64,000 nucleotides of DNA from Dehalococcoidia bacterium (GCA_965207845.1 CBDBNU010000003.1:314492-378491), one strand, 5' to 3'; numbered from the stretch's first letter, positions 1-9,951 are shown. Notes: generated from the sequence alone by a model not told the origin. Made by a program: numbers and translations.

Positions 1-2
1 AC

Positions 3-257
3 CTTGAAGCTATTGGACTGGAAGCGCGGGGAAGGAGGATATATGAACTGGCGGACGGGAGCGAACACGTAATGGAGGTGACGGTGGCGGAGATAGAATT
101 CATGGGGGAGATTGTGGGAGGGACGATAATCATGGGGGACGAGGGAGTGGAGCCGCTGCTGGGAGTGACCGCGCTGGAATCCGTCGGGATTGAGGTGGAC
201 CCGGTGAATCAGAGGTTGAAACGGCTGCCGGCGGTGCGGTTGAAGGGTCTGTCGTAG
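3..257 (+). CDS. retropepsin-like (clan AA) aspartyl protease, C-terminal part; 5' end lies outside the window
   Basis: The frame is open from the window edge. The tail GGTIIMGDEGVEPLLGVTALESVGIEVDPVNQRL resembles bacterial retropepsin-like protease C-termini. Track ORF 72..257 is the ATG-trimmed version. Confidence 0.45.
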   Translation, partial: LEAIGLEARGRRIYELADGSEHVMEVTVAEIEFMGEIVGGTIIMGDEGVEPLLGVTALESVGIEVDPVNQRLKRLPAVRLKGLS

Positions 258-265
258 GGGACCGG

Positions 266-1702
266 ATGGCGGCAAGGTCAAAGAGCAAGCGCACCCTCTT
301 CTTCTGCCAGCATTGCGGGCAGGAAAGCGCCCGTTGGATGGGCTTCTGCTCCGGCTGCGGATCCCGCACGCCGCTGGTGGAAGCGCCGGTGCAGAAGGCG
401 TCGGACCGGCGGGGGCGGTGGAATCCGCTGGCGCGCAGCGAGCCGGTGGAGCTGGCGCAGGTGGAACCGGAGTCGCAGTCACGCATCACGACGGGGTGCG
501 GCGAGATGGACAGGGTGCTGGGCGGAGGGCTGGTGCCGGGCTCGTTGACCCTTTTTGCGGGCGAGCCGGGGGTGGGGAAGTCTACGCTGTTGCTGCAGAT
601 TGCGGAGGCCGTGGCGGCGGCTGGGTTGAAGACGTTGTACGTATCCGGCGAGGAGTCGGAGCAGCAGATAAAGCTGCGCTCCGAGCGTCTGGGGCTGAAG
701 GGGAACGACGTTTTTCTGTTGCAGGAAACGGCGGTGGAGCAGGTTGTGGAGCATTTGGAAGGGGCGCGCCCGGGTCTGGTCGTCGTTGATTCCATCCAGA
801 CCTTATCCAGCGCGGATGCTACGTCCAGCCCGGGCAGTCCGGCGCAGGTGCGGGACTGTGCGCTGCAGCTGATGCAGTGGGCGAAAGGGCAGCGGGCGCC
901 GGTGCTGCTGGCGGGACACGTGACTAAGGACGGCAGCGTGGCGGGCCCGCGGGTGCTGGAGCACATGGTGGACGCCGTACTGTACCTGGAGGGGGATAAT
1001 CTGGGAACGAACCGGCTGCTGAGGAGCGTGAAGAACCGGTTCGGATCAACCCACGAGGTGGCGATGTTCCAGATGACGAGCGGCGGGCTGGAGGAAGTGC
1101 TTGACCCTTCTGAGGCTTTGTTGGGGGAGAGGTTGGAGGGGACCGTCGGTTCAGCCATCGCGCCGATTCTGGAGGGGAGCCGACCGCTGCTGGTGGAGAT
1201 TCAGGCGTTGACGTCGCATTCAATGCAGCCGGTGCCGCGGCGAACGGCCAACGGGTTCGACTTCCACCGGATGATCATGGTGTCGGCGGTACTGAGCCGG
1301 AGGGCGCGGGTGGCGCTGGCGAACCAGGACGTGATAGTGAGCGTGGCGGGAGGGCTGCGGGTGACGGAGCCAGCGGCGGACCTGGCGTTGGCGCTGGCGC
1401 TGGCCTCCAGCTACCGGAATCAGCCGGTGAAACCGGGTCTGGTGGCGATAGGAGAGGTGGGGCTGAGCGGGGAACTCCGGTCGGCGCCGCAGACGGACCG
1501 TCGACTGACGGAAGCGGCCAGGATGGGCTTTACCACGGGGCTGGCGCCCGCATCGCTTGGCGGCAAGCTGCCGCGCATCCCGGGGCTAAAGATTGAGTAC
1601 GCGCCGACTGTTGGGCAGGCCCTGCGGAGGGCGTTGGACCGGAACGTCGACGTTGACCCGCTGAACCTTGAGGCGGCTGCGGTGGACGCTCCGGCGGGGT
1701 AG
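266..1702 (+). CDS. radA: DNA repair protein RadA/Sms
   Basis: N-terminal CxxC...CxxC zinc finger (CQHCG...CSGCGS), Walker A GEPGVGKST, the RadA motif KNRFG, and a Lon-protease-like C-terminal domain. Confidence 0.95.
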   Translation: MAARSKSKRTLFFCQHCGQESARWMGFCSGCGSRTPLVEAPVQKASDRRGRWNPLARSEPVELAQVEPESQSRITTGCGEMDRVLGGGLVPGSLTLFAGEPGVGKSTLLLQIAEAVAAAGLKTLYVSGEESEQQIKLRSERLGLKGNDVFLLQETAVEQVVEHLEGARPGLVVVDSIQTLSSADATSSPGSPAQVRDCALQLMQWAKGQRAPVLLAGHVTKDGSVAGPRVLEHMVDAVLYLEGDNLGTNRLLRSVKNRFGSTHEVAMFQMTSGGLEEVLDPSEALLGERLEGTVGSAIAPILEGSRPLLVEIQALTSHSMQPVPRRTANGFDFHRMIMVSAVLSRRARVALANQDVIVSVAGGLRVTEPAADLALALALASSYRNQPVKPGLVAIGEVGLSGELRSAPQTDRRLTEAARMGFTTGLAPASLGGKLPRIPGLKIEYAPTVGQALRRALDRNVDVDPLNLEAAAVDAPAG

Positions 1703-1711
1703 CTGTGGCGG

Positions 1712-1921
1712 CTAACCGGACAGGAAGTCGAAGACGTTGCCGAGGGTGGAGGAGTCGCCGCGATAGATCTCGGTAAAGCCGCACTGGGTGCAGGAAACAG
1801 TGGTGAATTTCTTATTCTGAATGTCGAAGAAACGGCTCCACTTGCCCGTGGTCCTGATTTCTGCCGTTTCAAACCGGCTATGACCGCACTTGGTACAGGA
1901 AAACGTCTGCTGCATCGTCAT
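1712..1921 (-). CDS. small zinc-ribbon protein
   Basis: 69 aa with two CxxC pairs (CTKCGH ... CTQCGF). Convergent with radA. Confidence 0.65.
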   Translation of the reverse strand: MTMQQTFSCTKCGHSRFETAEIRTTGKWSRFFDIQNKKFTTVSCTQCGFTEIYRGDSSTLGNVFDFLSG

Positions 1922-2105
1922 GGCGTCGTTGCCTCCTTCTTTCTATTTAGGGCGCGGTGTTTGGCAAAGTGTTGAAAGCCTAGATTAGGCGGGGAGGGGA
2001 ATTCAAGGCCGAGACGTGTCTGAAATTGGGAATTGGGCGCTTGGTTCGAGTTGTCAGACACTAGCGAAAGAAGGCCGGTTCAATTTATACTATTGGGACG
2101 GTTTT

Positions 2106-2181
2106 GCCCCCATCGTCTAGTCTGGCCCAGGACGCCAGCCTTTCAAGCTGGAAATCAAGGGTTCGAATCCCTTTGGGGGCA
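2106..2181 (+). tRNA. tRNA-Glu (anticodon TTC)
   Basis: Hand-folded cloverleaf: acceptor GCCCCCA/TGGGGGC, anticodon stem CCAGC/GCTGG with loop CTTTCAA, T-arm AAGGG-TTCGAAT-CCCTT. CCA is not encoded. Confidence 0.9.
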
Positions 2182-2225
2182 TTCTTTTTCCCTTGTGGGG
2201 GTCGAATCTTGCCCTTTGGGGATGG

Positions 2226-3185
2226 CTAGTCGTGCAGGGAGGCGAGGAAGGGCGCCAGGGCCTCCAGGAATCCCTTTGGATTGTCACCCGGCACCAGATG
2301 TCCGGCATTCTCCACGGTCACGCTTCGGCATTGGGGAATCACCTTCTGCATCCGCTCGAAGACTTCCTGGGAGAGCACGTCGGTGTTGGCCCCACGGACC
2401 ACGAGGGTGGGGCATTGGAGCGACGCCAGGCATTGCCAGAGCTTCTCGGAGGGCCAGCTTTCGGGTCGGAAGTCGGGGCTTCTGATTGCGACGTCGTACT
2501 TCCAGGTCCACTTGCCGTCGGAGGTCTCTCGGATGGTGTGCTGGAGGCTGCCGTGGACGAGCCAGGCGGGGCGGCCGGTGTATTCCATGACGCGGGCTAC
2601 AAATTCGTCGTAGCTGTTGAGCCGGTCGGGGAGGGAGATGAAGCTGCGGATGCGCCGGCTGCCGGCGGCGACCTGGCCGGGGCCGGTATCGACGATGACG
2701 AGGCCGCGGAGGAGCGCCGGGCGGCGGGAGGCGAAGACGTATCCGTTGCGTCCGCCCATGGAGTGGCCGACGACTACGAAGTTTCGCAGCCCGAGGGCAT
2801 CTGCCACGGCGTCGAGGTCATGCTGATGGGCGTCGATGGAGTAGTCGGCGTCGGACGGCCACTGGGAGTCGCCGTGGCCTCTGGCATCCAGGGCGATGAC
2901 GTGATACTGGTGGGCGAGGGCCAGGGAAATGAAGTCCCAACTATGGCACTGCTGGCAGATGCCATGAAGCAAGAGAAGGGTGGGACGGTCTGGGCTGCCC
3001 CACTCCAGGTAGTGAAACCGGAGGCCTCCGGCTTCGACGTCGCGGTCCTGGGGCCTGGCTTCCGACTGGAAGGGGACGTGGAAGCGTCGGGCGGCTTCAT
3101 AGAGGGTGAGTCCCCTGGATTCCGCCGGGGGTTGTGCGTCGCTGGTCAAGGCGTGGTCCTCCGTGGGGGAATTGGTTGCATACAA
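2226..3185 (-). CDS. alpha/beta-fold hydrolase
   Basis: Nucleophile elbow GHSMGG, HG oxyanion motif (LLLLHG), and a C-terminal His (AGHLVP). Confidence 0.9.
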   Translation of the reverse strand: MYATNSPTEDHALTSDAQPPAESRGLTLYEAARRFHVPFQSEARPQDRDVEAGGLRFHYLEWGSPDRPTLLLLHGICQQCHSWDFISLALAHQYHVIALDARGHGDSQWPSDADYSIDAHQHDLDAVADALGLRNFVVVGHSMGGRNGYVFASRRPALLRGLVIVDTGPGQVAAGSRRIRSFISLPDRLNSYDEFVARVMEYTGRPAWLVHGSLQHTIRETSDGKWTWKYDVAIRSPDFRPESWPSEKLWQCLASLQCPTLVVRGANTDVLSQEVFERMQKVIPQCRSVTVENAGHLVPGDNPKGFLEALAPFLASLHD

Positions 3186-3278
3186 AATGGATGATGGGAC
3201 TAGATCATAGTTGAATGCACTTGCGGTCAGCCCAAGTTCGAATATGTTTGGTTGATATGAAAGTCTACAGTGCTCCTG

Positions 3279-4706
3279 TTAAGCATCAGTACAGACCAAG
3301 CCAAGACTAATCCAAGCGTGCATTGCGGTTGCTGAGGCCCTATCTACTTCAGAGATTCCCGCACCTTGCACTATGCATGTCCCTGCCTCTGATTCATTCC
3401 AGTGCGTGTCCACCAACAACTCTACCAGGTCGGCGTCCATCTCCAAGAATGGGGAGTCGGCATCGTCCTTATTGACACATTCCAAACCCATCTCCCAGTG
3501 TGCTAATGCTATGAAGGGGTTTTCAACATCACTGTATCGGCCAATTTCGAATCCCATCTTGCGGTGGACGTCGTCAGGATGCAAGGCTCCAAACTCACGA
3601 TAAGTGGGTACCATGGTTACTGGCCTACAATAGAGCAAATTGAAGTGATTGGTACCCACATACAGAACTGCTTCCACTAGCTGGGCCTTGGCCTTCTCCC
3701 TCTCCTCTGCAATCTCCGCCGGAATAGCTCTGCAGTCGGAGAAGTTCTGGGTAACCCAATATGTCTCAGACGCGAACCCAAATTCATCGGTTATCTGGAC
3801 ATGCACACCCACCCCAATCCTGCGAGCATCAGGATCAAGGATGTTAGTCCTGTGACCAAGGCTGTCCATCCAGTTCGCGACCAGGGCTTCCGCAACTTTC
3901 TCAGAAGTGTTGTGAAAGCCGCTGACGGTAGTGGTGGTAACGCTGCCGCTCGTCGTGTGAGTCCATTCCCAAACTCGTGGCATCATGTTGATATTCTCGG
4001 ATAGCCCATACGTGTAGCTACCATCTTCCCGATAGTTCCTGCAGGTATAGTTCGCAGCCAATGCCCTGTCAGTAGGACCTTGACCATCGATCTCATGCTC
4101 GAATATTCCTGTAGTCGCCATGTTTAGGCTGTGCCCTAGTGCAATCTCACTAATGGAGGGGTCAACAAGTAGAGCAGGGAGTCCTCGTCGCTGTCGTCTT
4201 TCATTTGTAAGCTGGATTACCAAGTGCGCAATTTCTGCTGTATCCAACTCGCCTCCTCCTACATCCTTCAATACTACTGGAGTCGGAGAGGGTGTCGGTG
4301 TTGGTGTGCTAGTTGGCATAGGGGGGAGGGTCGGAACCGGAGGAATTGTTGGTGCAGGGGTTGGGGTGGGTGTCGCCACGGGAGTAGGAGCAGGAGCACG
4401 GCTAGGTGAAGGTAGGGGTTGGGGCGTAGCAGCTGCAGTCTGAGTAGGCTTGGTAGTTGCCGTTGGAGTAGATGTTCTTGTGGGAGTTGGGGTGGTCGTC
4501 AGTGCAGGTACTTCTGTGGCTTCAATCGTAGCAGTTGTTGTCGAGGCTGGTGTTGGAGGTGGCTTAGAAGTCGGTTCTGGAGTTCTGACCACAGTAACTA
4601 CTTGAGGAGCCGGTTCGGACGACGGGCCCTGAAGGACAAAGACAGCTACAACTCCTCCGATGGTCAATACAACTACGCTTAACAGAACTACAATTGGCCA
4701 ACTCAT
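3279..4706 (-). CDS. membrane-anchored protein with Pro/Thr-rich linker, CAP/SCP/PR1-like domain and an uncharacterised C-terminal domain
   Basis: N-terminal TM helix (WPIVVLLSVVVLTIGGVVAVFVL), a roughly 130-aa PT-rich linker, and CAP-like motifs (ERRQRRGLPALLVD...GHSLNM...WMDSLGHRTNILDPDARRIGVGV). G+C is visibly lower than the flanks. Confidence 0.8.
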   Translation of the reverse strand: MSWPIVVLLSVVVLTIGGVVAVFVLQGPSSEPAPQVVTVVRTPEPTSKPPPTPASTTTATIEATEVPALTTTPTPTRTSTPTATTKPTQTAAATPQPLPSPSRAPAPTPVATPTPTPAPTIPPVPTLPPMPTSTPTPTPSPTPVVLKDVGGGELDTAEIAHLVIQLTNERRQRRGLPALLVDPSISEIALGHSLNMATTGIFEHEIDGQGPTDRALAANYTCRNYREDGSYTYGLSENINMMPRVWEWTHTTSGSVTTTTVSGFHNTSEKVAEALVANWMDSLGHRTNILDPDARRIGVGVHVQITDEFGFASETYWVTQNFSDCRAIPAEIAEEREKAKAQLVEAVLYVGTNHFNLLYCRPVTMVPTYREFGALHPDDVHRKMGFEIGRYSDVENPFIALAHWEMGLECVNKDDADSPFLEMDADLVELLVDTHWNESEAGTCIVQGAGISEVDRASATAMHAWISLGLVCTDA

Positions 4707-4982
4707 TGTTTTCTCAATCTCCCATCAGGCATGAACCAAATGTACAGTGCCTTGCATAATATACACCCAATACCGCCTCCACGAAACGATTTGTGAGATG
4801 AAGAATCAGGTCATGGTTCCTGATGTTCTCTGGAGCAACAGCCCGGCTTGACTGGTTTTGCGGGCAGACTTAGAATTCTTTTCGATACCAAAATCCGGCC
4901 CAGCGCATAGTTTTCGAATTCCTTTCGACGTTGGGTTATTTTCAGAGATTTTGGAACATTATGAGAGACCGACAATACTGAT

Positions 4983-5444
4983 TTGAACGCCAGAAGGGCG
5001 AGAGGCAGAGTCAAGAGACCCGTGTCCGCGGGAGGCGTTGTGTATCGCCAGCGGAGGGGTAGGGTTGAAGTCGCCCTATGCGGCCGGCGGGACCCGCTGC
5101 GGTGGAGTCTGCCCAAGGGCACGCCAGACCGGGGCGAGACGATGGAGCAGACGGCGCTGCGGGAGGTGCGGGAGGAAACGGGGCTGAAGGTGTCGCTGGA
5201 GGAACGCATCGGCAGCATTCAATACTGGTTCATGCAGCCGCCGGACTCCACCCGCTTCAACAAGACGGTTCACTTCTACCTGATGACATGCCAAGGCGGG
5301 TCGATGAACGACCACGACTACGAGTTCGACGAGGTGGAATGGGTGCCCATCGACGAGGCCCAGCGGCGGCTCACCTACGCCAACGAGGTGAAGATTCTCG
5401 GTTCCGCCCTGGACCTGATACAGAAGAGAGACCATGAGGGATAA
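4983..5444 (+). CDS. NUDIX hydrolase
   Basis: Nudix box GTPDRGETMEQTALREVREETGL. TTG start as given in the track. Confidence 0.9.
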   Translation: MNARRARGRVKRPVSAGGVVYRQRRGRVEVALCGRRDPLRWSLPKGTPDRGETMEQTALREVREETGLKVSLEERIGSIQYWFMQPPDSTRFNKTVHFYLMTCQGGSMNDHDYEFDEVEWVPIDEAQRRLTYANEVKILGSALDLIQKRDHEG

Positions 5445-6018
5445 GATCCACCTTCGCGGCGCCCGGGTGGTGCTGCGGGAGAAGACAGTGAATGACGCCT
5501 GGAACGAGTTTCAGTGGCGGACGGATCCTGAGCTTTCCCAGCTGGACGCGGCGCTGCCGCTGACGATGGGCTACGACGAGTTTCTTAAGCTGTACAGGGA
5601 GCAGCTGCGGTATCCGCTGGCGTGGGCCAAGCCGCTTTCCGTGGACACGCTGGACGGCGCATACATTGGCAACTGCATGTATTACGACGTGGACGTGGTG
5701 CACAAGACGGCGGAGGTGGGCATTCTGATTGGCAACCGGAGCTACTGGAACGGAGGCTATGGCTTTGACGTGGTGGTGACGCTGATTGACCACATCTTCG
5801 CGACTACGGGGCTAAACCGGCTGTACCTGCATACGCTGAAGTGGAACAAGCGGGCGCGTCGGTGCTTTGAGAAGTGCGGGTTTCACACGGTGAGGATGGT
5901 GCGTCGGATCCAGCGGGAGTTTGTGTACATGGAGATGCTGCGGGAGGAGTGGGACGCGATGCGGGAGGAGAAGCTGGCGGAGAGGGATGAGTTGTCGAAG
6001 ACGGGCGCGGGGAAGTAG
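5434..6018 (+). CDS. GNAT family N-acetyltransferase (RimJ/RimL-like)
   Basis: GNAT core (IGNRSYWNGGYGFDVV...LHTLKWNKRARRCFEKCGF). Overlaps the NUDIX gene by 11 nt. Confidence 0.85.
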   Translation: MRDKIHLRGARVVLREKTVNDAWNEFQWRTDPELSQLDAALPLTMGYDEFLKLYREQLRYPLAWAKPLSVDTLDGAYIGNCMYYDVDVVHKTAEVGILIGNRSYWNGGYGFDVVVTLIDHIFATTGLNRLYLHTLKWNKRARRCFEKCGFHTVRMVRRIQREFVYMEMLREEWDAMREEKLAERDELSKTGAGK

Positions 6019-6025
6019 GGGAGGG

Positions 6026-6183
6026 TCACCCTCACCCCTTCGGTACACTCAGGGCAGGCTTCTGCCTTCCTCTATGGAGGAGGGCTTTGCACAACTCGCC
6101 GTTCAGCCCCGCCGCCACCCAGATTACCCTCACCCCTTCGAAAGGCTCAGGGCAGGCTCAATCCTCTCCCACGACGGGAGAGG
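6026..6183. repeat. intergenic composite palindromic repeat cluster
   Basis: Two copies of tcaccctcaccccttcg..ctcagggcaggct (6026-6060 and 6125-6158), plus the hairpin cctctccc-acgac-gggagagg (6163-6183). Confidence 0.75.
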
Positions 6184-6198
6184 AGGAAAGAGGGGCGG

Positions 6199-7116
6199 TT
6201 AGGCGGGGGGAGGCGCGGGGGCGGGGTTGTAGAGGTCGACGCCGATGGTGATGGGGAAGACCTTGATGAGTTCCTCTACAGTCCAGCGGCCTTCTTTGTT
6301 TATGGTGCGGACGGCTTCCGGCTGGTTCAGCAGGCTCACGAGACCGTCGGTTACGTAGAAGACCTGACCGTTGACGTGAGAGGACTCGTCGGAGGAGAGC
6401 CAGGTGACGAAGGGGGCGATGTCGTCGGCCTCGCCCACGAGGGCGCCGCCGCCCGCGCCTGCGATGCCCTGGGCGGCGCGAAGCTGCCGGGCCGAGGTGG
6501 GAACGGCGCCAATCATGCGGGTTCTGGCGCTGGGGGCGATGGAATTGGCGGTGACGCCGTACCGACCCAAGTCTCGCGCGGCCACGCGGGTCAACCCGGC
6601 GATGCCGTCCTTGGCGGCGCCGTAGTTGGCCTGGCCGGAGTTGCCTATAAGGCCGGAGGTGGAGCTGAAGGTGATGATGCGTCCCGAACGCTGCTGGCGG
6701 AAGAGGATGCTGGCGTGCTTGACCACGGAGAACGTGCCCTTGAGGTGCACTTGAATGACGGCGTCCCACTCGTCTTCGGTCATGTTGAAGATCATGCGGT
6801 CCCGGAGGATTCCGGCGCAGGTGACGACAATGTCCAGCTGGCCGAAGCTGTCTAGGGCTGACTGTACGATGGCCTCGCCGCCCTCCATGGTGGCGACGGA
6901 CTCGTAGCAGGGGACGGCCTCGCCGCCGCTGGCGCGGATTTCGTCGACGACGCTGTCGGCGATGGCGATGGAGCCGCCGGAGCCGTCGAGTTCGGCGCCG
7001 GGGTCAACGACGACGACCTTCGCGCCTTCCCGGGCCATGAGCATGGCGATGCCTCGCCCGATGCCGCGGCCGGACCCGGTTACTATTGCCACCTTGTCTT
7101 TCAACAACTCTGTCAA
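6199..7116 (-). CDS. short-chain dehydrogenase/reductase (hydroxyacyl-CoA dehydrogenase-like) with C-terminal extension
   Basis: TGSGRGIGRGIA cofactor motif and catalytic YGAAK. TTG start preceded by GAGG. Close paralog of 8257-9183. Confidence 0.9.
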   Translation of the reverse strand: MTELLKDKVAIVTGSGRGIGRGIAMLMAREGAKVVVVDPGAELDGSGGSIAIADSVVDEIRASGGEAVPCYESVATMEGGEAIVQSALDSFGQLDIVVTCAGILRDRMIFNMTEDEWDAVIQVHLKGTFSVVKHASILFRQQRSGRIITFSSTSGLIGNSGQANYGAAKDGIAGLTRVAARDLGRYGVTANSIAPSARTRMIGAVPTSARQLRAAQGIAGAGGGALVGEADDIAPFVTWLSSDESSHVNGQVFYVTDGLVSLLNQPEAVRTINKEGRWTVEELIKVFPITIGVDLYNPAPAPPPA

Positions 7117-7176
7117 TTTTGTACCTCTATCCTAGTCTTTGGTCGGGGTTCGTTTTGATTAGAGGGAGATGGGAAG

Positions 7177-7213
7177 TCACCCTCACCTCAATCCTCTCCC
7201 ACGACGGGAGAGG
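7177..7213. repeat. intergenic palindromic repeat (same family)
   Basis: tcaccctcacctcaat followed by the hairpin cctctccc-acgac-gggagagg (7193-7213), identical to the hairpin at 6163-6183. Confidence 0.7.
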
Positions 7214-7291
7214 AGGGAAGAGGGGTTTCTTTGGGGCGAGATTCTTCGTCGCGGGGCCTCCTCCGAATGACATGAATGGAGAGGGGGAGGG

Positions 7292-8215
7292 TTAGGCATA
7301 TTTGCCGGTTAATTGGGGGGTGGTGCCCTCTTTGCCCTGCTCCGCCATTTCCAGCCGGGTGGTGCGGGCCCAGGTGCGCTTCAGGTCGTCGCGAACGTTG
7401 AAGGAGAGAGTGCCCAGTCCTCCTATGGTCAAGTCGATTGTGTCTCCGTCCTGGAAGGCGCTGAGGCCGCGATGGTTGGTGCCGGTGGCGACGACGTCGC
7501 CGGGCTCCAGGTCGTGGACGGAGCTGACCCACTCGATAATTCGGGGGATCTTGTGGGCCATGTCGTTGGTGTTGAAATTCTGCTTCAGTTCCCCGTTGAC
7601 CCAGAGCTTGACGGGCAGTTCCTGGGGGTCTTCTATCTCATCGGCGGTGACAATCCACGGGCCGAGGGGGGCGAAGGTGTTGCGGGCCTTCATCTGGTAG
7701 AAGGTGTTGCCGCCGGGGGGCAAGCCACGAGCGGAACCGTCGATGAAGTTCGTGTAGCCGAAGACGTAGTCGAAGGCGTCTTCCTGCCTGACAAAGCTTG
7801 CCCGTTTGCCGATGACGAGGGCCATTTCCGCCTCGCCTTCGAAGATGGTGGCTGGAACGTCGGGCAGAACCATGGTGTCGCCGGGGCCTATGACGGCGTT
7901 GGGCGACTTGTGGAAAGCGTTAATGGGGGCGGGCGCGTCTCTGGTGCCGTCCTCCATGTAGTTGACGGCCATGGCGACGACGTTGCCGGGCTTGGGCAGC
8001 GGGGGCCTTAGCCGGACGCTATCCAGGGGGATGCCGGAGCCGGAACCGGCCGCCTGCTGCAACGCCTCTCTGACGTCGTCGAAGTTTTCGATGACGCGGC
8101 TGATGAGGTCCTGGGGGGAGGTGTGGTTTAAGCCGGACACCGCGTCGGACACGTCTACCACGGAGTCGTCCTTGATGACTCCCAGTTTGAAGTCGTCGAA
8201 GAATGCCAGTTTCAT
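7292..8215 (-). CDS. fumarylacetoacetate hydrolase (FAH) family protein
   Basis: FAH-family core (GKRASFVRQEDAFDYVFGYTNFIDGSARG ... EPGDVVATGTNHRG). AGGAG RBS upstream. Confidence 0.9.
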   Translation of the reverse strand: MKLAFFDDFKLGVIKDDSVVDVSDAVSGLNHTSPQDLISRVIENFDDVREALQQAAGSGSGIPLDSVRLRPPLPKPGNVVAMAVNYMEDGTRDAPAPINAFHKSPNAVIGPGDTMVLPDVPATIFEGEAEMALVIGKRASFVRQEDAFDYVFGYTNFIDGSARGLPPGGNTFYQMKARNTFAPLGPWIVTADEIEDPQELPVKLWVNGELKQNFNTNDMAHKIPRIIEWVSSVHDLEPGDVVATGTNHRGLSAFQDGDTIDLTIGGLGTLSFNVRDDLKRTWARTTRLEMAEQGKEGTTPQLTGKYA

Positions 8216-8256
8216 TCTGTTTAGCTCCTATTCTGTCTTTGAGTCGGTGGGTTGCT

Positions 8257-9183
8257 CTAGCCGGGCTGTCGCGCCGGCGCGGGGTTGTCTATGCCCCTGG
8301 TGAGATAGTTTCTGGCGAGGGGGGCGAGCTTGTCCAGGTCCCAGCGCTCTTCGCCGTTGAAGATGGAGCGCTCCGGGCGTGGCTGGGACATGAGGGAGAC
8401 GACGCCGCCGTAGACGAGGAAAGTCTGGCCGTTTACATCGGCGGCGTAGTCGCTTGCGAGGAAGACGGTGAAGGGCGCAACGTCGTCGGGATCTGCGGAC
8501 TCGAGGTCGTCCTCGCCCTCGATGGCGGCGACACCCTGGGCGGCGCGGATCTGGCTGGCGGCGCTGGGGATGTCCGACGTCATGCGGGTGTTGGCGCGGG
8601 GAGCGATGGAGTTGGCGGTGACGCCGTAGCGACCCATGTCGCGGGCGACGACCTTGGTGAAGCCGGCGATGCCGGACTTGGCGGCGCCGTAATTGGCCTG
8701 GCCGGAGTTGCCGATGAGGCCCGACTCCGAGCTGAAAGTGATGATGCGTCCTGAACGCTGCTGGCGGAAGAGGATGGCGGCGTGCTTGACGACGGTGAAG
8801 GTGCCCTTGAGGTGGACGGCAATGACGGAGTCCCATTCCTGTTCCGTCATGTTGAATAGCATGCGGTCGCGGAGGATGCCGGCGCAGGTGACGACTATGT
8901 CGAGCTGGCCGAAGTTATCGAGGGCCGATTGGACGCTGGCCTCGCCGCCCTCCATGGTGGCGACGGACTCGTAGCAGGGGACGGCTTGGCCGCCGTTGGC
9001 GCGAATTTCGTCGACGACGCTGTCGGCGATGGCGATGGAGCCGCCGGAGCCGTCGAGTTCGGCGCCGGGGTCAACGACGACGACCTTCGCGCCTTCCTGG
9101 GCCATTAGGATGGCGACGCCGCGTCCGATGCCGCGGCCGGACCCGGTTACTATTGCGACCTTGCCTTCAAGAACACCCGGCAT
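8257..9183 (-). CDS. short-chain dehydrogenase/reductase, paralog of 6199-7116
   Basis: The track ORF extends to 9393, reading through a repeat element. The ATG at 9183 is preceded by GGAG and gives MPGVLEGKVAIVTGSGRGIGRGVA, aligning with the paralog N-terminus. Confidence 0.9.
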   Translation of the reverse strand: MPGVLEGKVAIVTGSGRGIGRGVAILMAQEGAKVVVVDPGAELDGSGGSIAIADSVVDEIRANGGQAVPCYESVATMEGGEASVQSALDNFGQLDIVVTCAGILRDRMLFNMTEQEWDSVIAVHLKGTFTVVKHAAILFRQQRSGRIITFSSESGLIGNSGQANYGAAKSGIAGFTKVVARDMGRYGVTANSIAPRANTRMTSDIPSAASQIRAAQGVAAIEGEDDLESADPDDVAPFTVFLASDYAADVNGQTFLVYGGVVSLMSQPRPERSIFNGEERWDLDKLAPLARNYLTRGIDNPAPARQPG

Positions 9184-9280
9184 TTTTTCTCCTTGTTGTT
9201 TGGGATGGGATTTGGGTTTAGCAGGGACTACTGTACAAAGGACGGGGGGAAAGTGCAATTTTCTAGAGTTGGTGGGGAGA

Positions 9281-9391
9281 GGGCGGTTCGCGAACCGCCC
9301 CTGCCAGCCAGAAGAGAGGAATGGCAGGGTGGGTCGCTCTGTGGTTGGGGTGGTTTGAGGGCAGGGTATTGGCTCCTGCCTTCGCAGGAGC
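9281..9391. repeat. intergenic palindromic repeat cluster
   Basis: Perfect 20-nt palindrome gggcggttcgcgaaccgccc (9281-9300) and hairpin gctcctgc-cttc-gcaggagc (9372-9391). Confidence 0.75.
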
Positions 9392-9405
9392 AAGAGGTGG
9401 GGGGG

Positions 9406-9840
9406 TTAGGGGGTGCGGGTGGGGAGTTCCACGGTGGCCCAGCCGGGGGTGTAGCGGCGGCCCTGTTCGTCCTCCACCCACACGTCGCAGTCGAGGAGGC
9501 GGCGTCCGTCCGACACGTACTTCTTCGTGACCACGCCGCTGCAGGCGAGGGCGATGCCGGGTTCGTCCATGCCGCGGTACTGGCAGCCGAGCTTGCGGAG
9601 GGTGCCGTTGGGGCCAATCCAGTCGGTCAGCATCTGGCCGAGGAAGGCGCTCTTCAACGCTCCGTGGAGGATGACGCCGGGGAGGCCGGTGCCGATAGCG
9701 AAGTCCTTGTCGTAGTGGATCTCGTAGAAGTCGCCGGAGACGCCGGCGTAGCGCACCAGCTGGCGGGTGCTCGGGTGCTTCACGAGGGAGGGGATTTCTG
9801 TCCCTTGTTCAACGTCTTCCCAGTATGGATGATTGTTCAT
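9406..9840 (-). CDS. MaoC-like (R)-hydratase, hotdog fold
   Basis: The motif YAGVSGDFYEIHYDKDFA matches the MaoC dehydratase hydratase motif. Confidence 0.85.
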   Translation of the reverse strand: MNNHPYWEDVEQGTEIPSLVKHPSTRQLVRYAGVSGDFYEIHYDKDFAIGTGLPGVILHGALKSAFLGQMLTDWIGPNGTLRKLGCQYRGMDEPGIALACSGVVTKKYVSDGRRLLDCDVWVEDEQGRRYTPGWATVELPTRTP

Positions 9841-9951
9841 TCTTTTTCCCTTTTTGTTGGTGGGTTTTTCTGTCTGGTTTCAGGTTAGATTATTGCCGCT
9901 ATTGGGAAACCGTCGCGGAACACACAATGAGAGTTATCGATGATTGGGGAA

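Noticed and set aside
130-1158. Long antisense or alternative-frame ORFs throughout. Examples: 130..1158 (-), 20001..21281 (-), 36451..37770 (+), 41085..42584 (+), 43531..44490 (+), 46788..48086 (-) and 62483..63751 (-).
   Set aside because: They overlap well-supported genes (radA, the aminotransferase, fabI, cofD/cofH, cofG, the ABC exporter, uvrB). They have Arg/Pro/Gly/Ala-rich low-complexity translations typical of stop-poor off-frames in high-G+C DNA, and they lack any motif.
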